Assembly (NCBI GenBank): GCA_038087875.1
Contig: JAXLNO010000083.1
Span: forward strand, 1 to 56,102
Direction: 5' to 3'
DNA length: 56,102 bases
Source: Malacoraja senta
Taxonomy: Eukaryota
Under the pieces are notes generated by a model, which saw only the letters and a program-made list of their open reading frames with translations, did no database searches and was not told the DNA's origin. Of this stretch, positions 24,270 to 33,783 are shown in pieces. The first letter of the stretch is position 1. Every line of letters begins with the position of its first letter. The position numbers and the translations under genes were made by a program.

Positions 24270-24845
24270 CTCTGCAGTTGTACAGGGCCTTAGTGAGACC
24301 ACACCTGGAGTATTGTGTACAGTTTTGGTCTCCAAATTTGAGGAAGGACATTCTTGCTATTGAAGGAGTGCAGCGTAGGTTCACAATATTAATTCCCGGG
24401 ATGGCGGGACTGTCATATGTTGATAGAATGGAGCGGCTGGGCTTGTATATTCTGGAGTTTAGAAGGATGAGAGGCAATCTTATTGAAACATATAAGATTA
24501 TTAAGGGATTGGACACGCTAGAAGCAGGAAACATGGTTCCGATGTTAGGGGAACCCAGAACCAGGAGTCACAGTTTAAGAATGAGAGGTAGGCCATTTAG
24601 AACGGAGATGAGGAAAACCTTTTTCACACACAGAGTTGTGAATCTGTGGAATTCTCTGCCTCAGAAGGCAGTGGAGGCCAATTCTCTTGATCCTTTCAAG
24701 AGAGGGTTAAAGATAGCGGAGTCAGGGGATATGGCGAGAAGGCAGGAACGGGGTACTGATTGTGGATGCTCAGCCATAATCATATTGAATGGCGGTGGCT
24801 CGAAGGGCCGAATGGCCTACTCCTTCACCAATTGTCTATTGTCTA
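24270..24845 (+). mobile_element. CR1 3' end, preceded by an inverted CR1 3' UTR piece at ~24140-24260
   Basis: ORF 24212-24895 (LQLYRALVRPHLEYCVQFWSP...), with a (ctattgt)n tail. Confidence 0.9.
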
Positions 24846-25024
24846 AGCGAATGGACATAATGTATTTTGCTTTAGAAATATCCAGCAATAACTGAAACCA
24901 GAAAGAATTAGAGTCTATACTTATACACCTTAATTTCAGTGCCAAAGGTTGTTTGGCAGTAATTGAAAATTACATTGTCAGTACAAATCTACTTGTTATA
25001 ACATTTTAAAAAAGCTTTATTTAT

Positions 25025-25715
25025 TTGCAGCAAAACACAAACTGCAGATGGAACCCAGCGGGTCGGGCAGCATTTGTGGAGGGATATAGACAGAAGGTGT
25101 TTCGGATCGGGGCCCGACTCGTATTATATGTTCTTCTTAAGATAGAACAAAAAGCTGCAGTAACGCAGCGGGTCAAACAGCACCTCTATTCGCCATTAAG
25201 GCCACTGGGCGTTGGAAGGCGAGCCATCCAGGCAGCCCTGAGGTGGAATGGTGAATAGTATAAAGAGCATTGTCTGGAATCGTGAACCAAATACACATTG
25301 TTATAGTCAGACTGCGCGGAAACAGTCCCTTTGGCTCAACCTGCCCACGCCAACCAACGTGCCCCATCTACACTAGTCCCACCTGCCTGCAAAATGTCGG
25401 AGTAACTCAGCGGGTCAGTCAGCATCTGCAGAGGGAATGGATAGGCGACAAAATGTTTTGCTTTCAAGTGACAGACAGGACCTTTCTTCGGACTGATTGC
25501 AGTAGGTATGTTGGTATTTCCACCAATAGGTTCAGTCCCGCATCCATCTAGCAAGGATTGTGTTTCTTTCCACTGTGGCCGAAACCCTTCAATCCAAGTT
25601 TACAAATCCAAGGAAGGATCCAGACCCATTCGAAACGCCGCCTGTCCATTCGCTCCACACATGGTGCATACATGGCCTGCTGACTTCCTCCAGCACGTTG
25701 TATTTTGCATGCTTT
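25025..25715. mobile_element. Cluster of degenerate Penelope-derived units and a CR1 tail
   Basis: Several actcagcgggtc..cagca copies on the minus strand and one on the plus strand (~25610-25710). Confidence 0.6.
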
Positions 25716-25779
25716 GAAAGGCAATCACAACATCACACAACGCAGGAAGAAACCATTCTGTCCCTTGTATCCATGCTCT

Positions 25780-26085
25780 GCAAGGCGGCACAATGGTGCA
25801 GCTGGCAGCGTTGCTGCCTCACAGCGCCTGAGACCCAGGTTCGATCCTGACCTCCGGTGGTCTGTATGGAGTTTGCACGTTCTCCCTGTTACCGTGTGGA
25901 TTTCTCCCGGGTGTTCCGGTTTCCTGCTGGTCAGTTGATTAATTGGCCCCTGTAAAACAAAAAAAAAGTCTCTCGTGTGAAGGGAGTGGACGCGAAAATG
26001 GGATAACATGGAACTAGTGTGAACGGGTGATCAATGGTTGGCGTGTGCTGAAGGGCCTGCTTCCATTCTGTTTCTCTAAACTAAA
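25780..26085 (+). mobile_element. HE1/V-SINE-type SINE
   Basis: tRNA head with B box ggttcgatcc, and a ctaaactaaa tail. Confidence 0.85.
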
Positions 26086-27399
26086 CAACACATGGAGGTC
26101 AAGAATTTAAGAAAGTGTTTCTCCATTGCTTTGCCAATTACAATTGTCAATACACCATATGTGATACAAAGATACAAAGTGCTGGAGTAACTCAGCAGGT
26201 CAGGCCGAACTAAACAAACTGAAAGTATTCATTTCGATGTCTGCACCCAATTTTGCTTAGGAAATCGGTACCTTTTTTTGCTTTGAACCCCAACCAACCA
26301 AAACAAAATCCCCATTCCCTCTATCCTCAACCAACCAAAACAAAATCCCCACTGCTTAACTCCCCACTCGTTTGCCAATTTAGCGTAGAATTATTTTTTA
26401 AGGTTTTTACTTTGTGCATTCAGAAACGTGTCTCCATTGAAATGCTGGTGTATTGAGCTATCTGTTAGCTCTATTGTTATTGCCAACTGCATTGGGAAGC
26501 TAAAGGTGAGGAAGTGTTTTTTTGTGTGAGGTAAATGCTTCAAACTTCACATCCAACATTAAAATGGGCTGTGGGCAGTTTCTGCATTTTGAGATTAATT
26601 CCAGCGAGCATTGTTTTGTTTTATGTCCGAAAACAACATTTACCTATAAACAACATGTATTCAAATGGAACGGGGTTGTGGGGCTGGGAGTTTGCTTGCT
26701 TTAAAACTCCCCTCTGGCCGTCGATTCAGGTTGAGCGATGCTTTCCGCGCCGAGGTAAATCACTGGCTGCTGTTTTTAATTAGCTCATCTGAAGGGATAG
26801 ACCTCCTGAGTGTGTGAGGGGGATAACAGTCTCTCATCGGTAACAAGATAGCCCCGACAGTCTTTGTACATTCGGGAATACAGCTACAAAGCGTGAGTGG
26901 AGAGATTCCACCCAATACCGTCTAATTTATCAACAGCACACCAGAAGAAAAAAAACTATACAGTCCCGCAGTGTCTGTTTGTCCTGCCATCGTTAATTAC
27001 TAGGGAGATGGAAGGAGATGTGGGGGAATTATTCAACGCAAAACGCCAGCAGTTCGTTCTCAACGATTTGGTTCTAAGCAATAATTAGGAGATAGTGTAT
27101 TTAGATTTGCAGAGAGTGTCTTGTCCATCCGCACCATGCCGTATGTACGGCCGCTTCCATGGGCAATTGATTTCAATACTGTGATGAGTTGTAATACATT
27201 TTTTGAATGACTCCTTCCCAACGGGGCCGGTTTACGCCGTGAAATACTCAACACCTTTTGGATTCGCGCTATCTATTGCAACGTATACCGAGATCTTTCA
27301 TCTTCGATGGGATTATTGGACAGTGGAATTATTAGTGGGATTATTAGATCGCTAAACCCGCTCTATGATCTTTGGTGTATTCAAGGCACCCACCCAATG

Positions 27400-27712
27400 G
27401 CCGGCACAGTATCGCAGCAGTAGAGCTGACAGTGCTAGAGACCCGGGTTCAATCCTGACTACAGGTGCTGTCTGCATGGAGTTTACACGTTCTCCCTGTG
27501 ATCACAAGGGTTTTCTCTGGATGCTCTGGTTTCCTCCCACATTCCAAAGACCTGCAGGTTTGTAGGTTAATTAGGCTCTGTAAATTGTCCGTATCACGCA
27601 GGATAAAACATGCAGGGTACAACTAGCGTGCGGGGGATCTTTGTTTGGTGCTGATTTGATGGGCCAAAGGGCCTGTTTCCCCACTGCATGTCTGAGCTAA
27701 ACTAGACTAAAC
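27400..27712 (+). mobile_element. HE1/V-SINE-type SINE
   Basis: Head gacccgggttcaatcctgact, conserved central domain, actaa tail. Confidence 0.8.
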
Positions 27713-27904
27713 CACCACTGTGTAAAAAAAACCTCATTTAATCTTTGCCCCTACGTCTTAAAACACGAGATAAATCTGAGAATGTTGGAAACACTTAACA
27801 ATTCAGACGCATCTGCGGCAAGACTACCGTTGATTTATTATGAGGTTTTCAGGAAAATGCATGGATAAAAGCTATTGTCCATGATATATAGGAGCCAAGA
27901 ATTG

Positions 27905-28365
27905 GGGAGGGATCCAACCCGAAACGTTACCTATCCACGTTCTGCTGAGTTACTCCAGCACTTTGTGTCCTTTTTTTGTAAACCAGCTTCTGCAAGGTCC
28001 TTGTTTCTGCATTTAATCCAATGTATTTTCTGACAAGTATTTATTTATTCACGTTTTCTGGATCTTGCTGGCAAGACCAGCATTTATTGGCCATCCCCAA
28101 TTGCCCTTGAGAGGATGATGTCCTTGTGAAGCCACCTTCTTCAACTAGTGGCAGCTTTTCTTTTCAGAGTGCTGGAGCAACTCAGTGGGACAGGCAGCAT
28201 CTGTGGAGAGAAATACCCAGGCGATGCTCCGGGTTGAGATAATTTAGTTTGAAGAAGGGTCCTGACCTGAAACGTTATCTATCCATTTCCCTCTGCTGCC
28301 TGACCTGTTGAGTTCCTGCAGCAATTTGCTTTTTGCTCAAGATTCCAGCATCTTCAGTCTTCTGC
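27905..28365. mobile_element. Penelope-derived units (one plus-strand copy, one inverted pair)
   Basis: cccgaaacgttacc at ~27918. Inverted pair at 28168-28365 with tgaagaagggtcctgacctgaaacg. Confidence 0.65.
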
Positions 28366-28589
28366 ATTGCAGTTGCATCTGGATGGTTACCAGTGCAGTA
28401 ACTATTGAAAGAGCTTGGCTTGAATAGCACAGATCACAGCACAACAGTTAGAATGTTGTGTGGTCAATGGTTCAATGGTTTCAACATTATCACATGTACC
28501 AAGGTACATTGAAATCGATTTTTATTTTTTGCATACAGCTCGGCAATACTAACCCCGTAGGTGAGCACAATCCCCCAATTAGTACAGAA

Positions 28590-29855
28590 CTAGACTAAGT
28601 GGGACCCATTGGGTCCCTGTCACACAGGAGGCTTGGTCCCCCAACGCAATATTCCACCACTCACCCACAGCCCCCAACTGCACAGGCGCAGCTCATTTCC
28701 CCTCATCCCTAGCACACTCTCTCCCTTCTCTTCACACTATCTCTTCTTTCCCCTCTCCTCCTCCCCTCCCACAATCCCTCCCTCACCTCTCTCTCCCTCT
28801 CCTTTCCCCTACCCTCAGTCACTCCCTCCCTCCCTCCATAACTCCTCTCCCCTCACTACCCCTCTCCTATCCCTCTATCCCCCAGCTCCCCCACTCCTCA
28901 CCTCCACCACTGCACTCCTCTCCCTCTATTCCATACTCCCTAACTCCCCCACCTCTATTCCCCCCTCCTCTATTCCCCCCGCCTCCCCCACTCTCCCTCC
29001 TCACCTTCTCCCCTCCCCCAATCCCTCGCTCCCTCCATAACTCCTCTCCCCTCCCTGCTCCCCTCCTCTCCCTCTATCCCCTCTTGTCCCCCACTCTCCC
29101 TCCCTAGGATCTCGAAGGGGGGTGGAGAGCTTGGAGAAAAGAAGGGGGAAGAGCCATGGGGCGAGGGGGGTATCACGGGGGAGGGGCAGGAGCCAGCGAG
29201 GTGGACCAGAGGGGAAGGGGCTGGAACTGCGGGGGGGTCGGGTACTTTTCGGCGCTGCCGTTTCGGCGCCTCCGTTTATAATATCTGTACTCATCAGAAC
29301 CCTAACCCTAACCCTAACCCTTACCCTAACCCTAACCCTAACACCCCGAAAGGGAGGCGCCGAATGGCACCATTCCGGCTGCGGGGAGTTGTGATGGCGG
29401 TGCGTTTGGGACTCTCAGCGGGCGCTGGATGCTTAGCCCCGCCAGGATCAGATTCACCGCTTTCCGTTTGGCGACATTTGCCATGCCGCGCCGCTTCCTG
29501 TTCCTCCGAAAATTGTGTCCGGTTGGAGACCTCCACCGGCCACCCACAGCGTCCCTCAGCTCCAGTAAAGATGCGATGGCGCAGGAAGGGGTGGACCGTC
29601 CCGGGGAGTGACAGGAGAAGAGACCAATCCGAGTGGAGATCGATCTGCGCAAGCGCGTTTAAAATTTGTTTTTAAACCTCGCTAACTTTTACAATATACC
29701 ACCGATCATAAGAAAACTTGTTGCACTCATGGCCCAGGAGAACATTGAGTGAGCTGGCGAAAAATCATAGCGCTATTCCGTACCATTTTTGTGCAAATGG
29801 AAAAACTGCGCAAACCGGAAGAGCACAAGCTCAGAGCTTTAGTTATGTATATAGA
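28590..29855 (-). mobile_element. Non-autonomous Helitron
   Basis: On the minus strand: 5' TC (TCTATATACATAAC), a GC-rich hairpin gggaccca-t-tgggtccc (28601-28617) 7 nt before a 3' CTAG (28590-28593), insertion between A and T, no TSD and no TIR. Confidence 0.85.
29298..29342. repeat. Interstitial telomeric repeat (CCCTAA)~7, one variant unit
   Basis: Read directly. Confidence 0.95.
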
Positions 29856-29886
29856 TAGAAAGATAGATATATAGATATATAGATAT

Positions 29887-29960
<74 letters not shown>
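29851..29960. repeat. (GATA)n microsatellite at the Helitron 5' end
   Basis: Read directly. Confidence 0.95.
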
Positions 29961-29961
<1 letters not shown>

Positions 29962-31643
29962 TTCAGAACAGCCCATGGAGTGGAGTGGAGTGCAGGAGGT
30001 GTCGTTTTTTTTAGATCAAAATCTTTTTTTACATTTAGTTTTCAAGACATAACAAGCGCAAAGTTGTCCATTTGTTAGAGTGTACGAAAAGAATAAGTAA
30101 AAAACAACTTATGCCAACATATAACAACAACAATAAAAGAAAAACGAGATACCACAAATAATCCCTCCCCAGTCACTGCCAGTGAGCATATGCAAATATC
30201 AGCCTGTCACAACAATAATCCACGATAAGTGAATGGGTAGACTGTTAAGCTGTTAAACTGTACTTGATGATCAAGCATTTACAAAGCCTGGAATGCATTT
30301 AAAAAAGGTCCCCACGCTTTCTGAAACCTTCCATTTGAATGTTGTAGTGAGTACCTGATTTTCTCGAACTTTAAGCAGGACATAATATCTGTCAGCCATT
30401 GTGGGTAGGTTCCGTCCACCTGAGCAGGATTGTTCGCCGAGCCAGAAGAGAAGCAAAAGATATAGTGCGGTGTTTATCTGCAGTTAATCTAACCTCCTCA
30501 CCAGTGACCCCAAAAAGAGCGATTAGGGGCTTTGGTTCCAATTTGATGTTTAACACCTGAGATAATGTATGAAAGACCTCTAGCCAGAACTTGTTAAGGC
30601 TGGGGCATGACCAATACATATGGATAAGAGAGGCTTCAGAAATTTTACATTTAACACAGAATGGACTAACCTCAGGGTAAATAGTAGATAATTTGGCTTT
30701 TGAGATATGAGCCCTATGTACCACTTTGAATTGGATCAGGCAGTGACGAGCACATAGAGAGGTGGAATTAACCAATTTAAGAATGGAACTCCATGGCTCT
30801 TCCGAGAGAGAGAAGCCCAAATCTTCCTCCCGAGCTTGTCCATGGGGGCGCGCCTTAGATCCAACATCCTGCCATATAAAGCTGAGACAAGTCTATTCTG
30901 AGATGGGTTTAAAGAAAGAACTGTATCAACAAGGGTTGTGTCTGTTGGTATAGAAGAGCTGGGCAGTTTATAAAACACATAATGTCTTGTTTGCAGGTAT
31001 CGGAAAATATCTGACTGGAAGATTGAATTTGTTGCTTAATTGTTCAAATGATGCTACAGTGTTACCCATAAACAGGTCCTCGAAGTGCACAATACCCTTC
31101 CTATGCCATTCTTTAAAGACATGGTCCTGAGTTGATGGTTTAAAAAGGTGGTTTGATGCAATAGGGCTCAGTAGAGAAATGTTATGCAACCCAAAACATT
31201 TCCTGAATTGAACCCATATCCTCAAAGAGTGTTTAACCACTGGATTTTTTACAGATTTAATTGAGGGGAGTGGAAGTGAGGAACCAAGTAGTGCAGGTAT
31301 GGACATATTATCATCTGTGTGTAATTCCATGGCTACCCAGCCAGGGCAATCCGGCTGGCTGTGAAAAAAAGACCAAAATGCAAGGCAGCGCAGGTGAGCA
31401 GCCCAATAATAAAAGCGAAAGTTTGGGAGAGCCAGGCCACCAGCAGCCTTGGTTTTTTGAAGGTGGGCCTTATTAAGACGAGGTCGCTTACCTCTCCATA
31501 TATAGGAGGAAATAACTGTCAAGATGGTCAAAGAAGGACCAGGGGATAAAAACCGGTAAGGCCTGAAAAAGGTACAAACATTTTGGTAAAATGGTCATTT
31601 TGATTGAATTTATCCGGCCGACAAGTGACATTGACAGGGGAGA

Positions 31644-33659
31644 TTTAAGGGTGAAATTTTAAGAGTACAGAATCTTTATGTCCCTGTTCGGTTGAAAGGA
31701 AAGAGTAAAAAATGGAAAGAGCCATGGTTTTCAAGGGAAATTGGACACTTGGTTCGGAAAAAGAGAGAGATCTACAATATTTATAGGCAGCATGGAGTAA
31801 ATGAGGTGCTTGAGGAGTATAAAGAATGTAAAAAGAATATTAAGAAAGAAATTAGAAAAGCTAAAAGAAGATATGAGGTTGCTTTGGCAAGTAAGGTGAA
31901 AGTAAATCCAAAGGGTTTCTACAGCTATATTAATAGCAAAAGGATAACAAGGAATAAAATTGGTCCATTAGAGAGTCAGTGTGGACAGCTATCTGCAGAG
32001 CCAAAAGAGATGGGGGAGATATTGAACAATTTCTTTTCTTCGGTATTCACCAAGGAGAAGGATATGGAATTATGTGAGGTAAGGGAAACGAGCAGAGTAG
32101 CAATGGAAACTGTGAGATTCAAAGAAGAGGAGGTGCGGACACTTTTGAAAAATATGAAAACGGATAAGTCTCCAGGTCCTGACAGGATATTCCCTAGGAC
32201 ATTGAGGGAAGTTAGTGTAGAAATAGCAGGGGCTATGACAGAAATATTTCAAATGTCATTAGAAACGGGAATAGTGCCGGAGGATTGGCGTACTGCGCAT
32301 GTTGTTCCGTTGTTTAAAAAGGGTTCGAAGAGTAAACCTAGCAATTATAGACCTGTTAGTTTGACGTCAGTGGTGGGCAAATTAATGGAAAGGATACTTA
32401 AAGATAATATATATAAGCATCTGGATAAGCAGGGTCTGATTAGGAACAGTCAACATGGATTTGTGCCTGGAAGGTCATGCTTGACTAATCTTCTTGAATT
32501 TTTCGAAGAGGTTACTAGGGAAATTGATGAGGGTAAAGCACTGGATGTTGTCTATATGGACTTCAGTAAGGCCTTTGACAAGGTTCCTCATGGAAGGTTG
32601 GTTAAGAAGATTCAATTGTTGGGTATTAATGGTGGAGTAGCAAGATGGATTCAACAGTGGCTGAATGGGAGATGCCAGAGAGTAATGGTGGATGGCTGTT
32701 TGTCAGGTTGGAGGCCGGTGACTAGTGGGGTGCCTCAGGGGTCTGTGTTGGGTCCACTGTTGTTTGTCATGTACATCAATGATCTGGATGATGGTGTGGA
32801 AAATTGGATTAGTAAGTATGCAGATGATACTAAGATAGGTGGTGTTGTGGATAATGAGGTAGATTTTCAAAGTCTACAGAGAGATTTAGGCCATTTGGAA
32901 GAGTGGGCTGAAAGATGGCAGATGGAGTTTAATGCTGACAAATGTGAGGTGCTACATCTCGGCAGGACAAATCAAAATAGGACGTACATGGTAAATGGTA
33001 GCGAATTGAGGAATGCAGTTGAACAGAGGGATCTAGGAATAACTGTGCATAGTTCCCTGAAGGTGGAATCTCATGTAGATAGGGTGGTAAAGAAAGCTTT
33101 TGGTGTGCTGGCCTTTATAAATCAGAGCATTGAATATAGAAGTTGGGATGTAATGTTAAAATTGTACAAGGCATTGGTGAGGCCAATTCTGGAGTATGGA
33201 GTACAATTTTGGTCGCCTAATTATAGGAAGGATGTCAACAAAATAGAGAGAGTACAGAGGAGATTTACTAGAATGTTGCCTGGGTTTCAGCAACTAAGTT
33301 ACAGAGAAAGGTTGAACAAGTTAGGTCTTTATTCTTTGGAGCGCAGAAGGTTAAGAGGGGACTTGATAGAGGTCTTTAAAATTATGAGCGGGTTAGACCG
33401 AGTGGACGTGGATAAGCTTTTCCCATTGAGAGTAGGGAAGATTCAAACAAGGGGACATGACTTGAGAATTAAGGGACAGAAGTTTAGGGGGAACATTAGG
33501 GGGAACTTCTTTACTCAGAGAGTGGTAGCTGTGTGGAATGAGCTTCCAGTGGAAGTGGTGGAGGCAGGTTCGATGTTATCCTTTCAAATTAGATTGGATG
33601 GGTATATGGACGGGAAAGGAATGGAGGGTTATGGTCTGAGTGCAGGTAGATGGGACTAG
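31644..33659 (+). CDS. CR1 ORF2 (RT and C-terminal domain; endonuclease missing)
   Basis: Frame is open from the insertion boundary to the stop, with KSPGPD, QHGF, DFSKAFD, GVPQGSVLGP and YADD motifs. Confidence 0.9.
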   Translation, partial: FKGEILRVQNLYVPVRLKGKSKKWKEPWFSREIGHLVRKKREIYNIYRQHGVNEVLEEYKECKKNIKKEIRKAKRRYEVALASKVKVNPKGFYSYINSKRITRNKIGPLESQCGQLSAEPKEMGEILNNFFSSVFTKEKDMELCEVRETSRVAMETVRFKEEEVRTLLKNMKTDKSPGPDRIFPRTLREVSVEIAGAMTEIFQMSLETGIVPEDWRTAHVVPLFKKGSKSKPSNYRPVSLTSVVGKLMERILKDNIYKHLDKQGLIRNSQHGFVPGRSCLTNLLEFFEEVTREIDEGKALDVVYMDFSKAFDKVPHGRLVKKIQLLGINGGVARWIQQWLNGRCQRVMVDGCLSGWRPVTSGVPQGSVLGPLLFVMYINDLDDGVENWISKYADDTKIGGVVDNEVDFQSLQRDLGHLEEWAERWQMEFNADKCEVLHLGRTNQNRTYMVNGSELRNAVEQRDLGITVHSSLKVESHVDRVVKKAFGVLAFINQSIEYRSWDVMLKLYKALVRPILEYGVQFWSPNYRKDVNKIERVQRRFTRMLPGFQQLSYRERLNKLGLYSLERRRLRGDLIEVFKIMSGLDRVDVDKLFPLRVGKIQTRGHDLRIKGQKFRGNIRGNFFTQRVVAVWNELPVEVVEAGSMLSFQIRLDGYMDGKGMEGYGLSAGRWD

Positions 33660-33677
33660 GGGGAAGTATTTATTTTT

Positions 33678-33709
<32 letters not shown>

Positions 33710-33783
33710 TGTTCGGCACGGACTTGAAGGGCCGAGATGGCCTGTTTCCGTGCTGTTATGGTTATATGGTTATATGGTTATAT
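31644..33783 (+). mobile_element. Very young CR1 LINE, 5'-truncated, inserted into L1
   Basis: Uninterrupted ORF2, 3' UTR with a long internal A-run, (TTATATGG)n tail. ggaga is duplicated at 31639-31643 and 33784-33788. Confidence 0.95.

Noticed and set aside
29298..29342. Chromosome end or fusion scar
   Set aside because: Only ~7 units in a single orientation, embedded in a mobile element.
28609..29675. Pro/Ser-rich and Gly/Arg-rich ORFs including TLTLTL
   Set aside because: They come from low-complexity and telomeric tracts inside the Helitron and show no Rep/helicase motifs.
31692..33659. Domesticated RT gene, or a prokaryotic retron or group II intron RT
   Set aside because: It has CR1-specific C-terminal motifs, a CR1 3' tail, a TSD and 5' truncation, which fit an ordinary young LINE copy.
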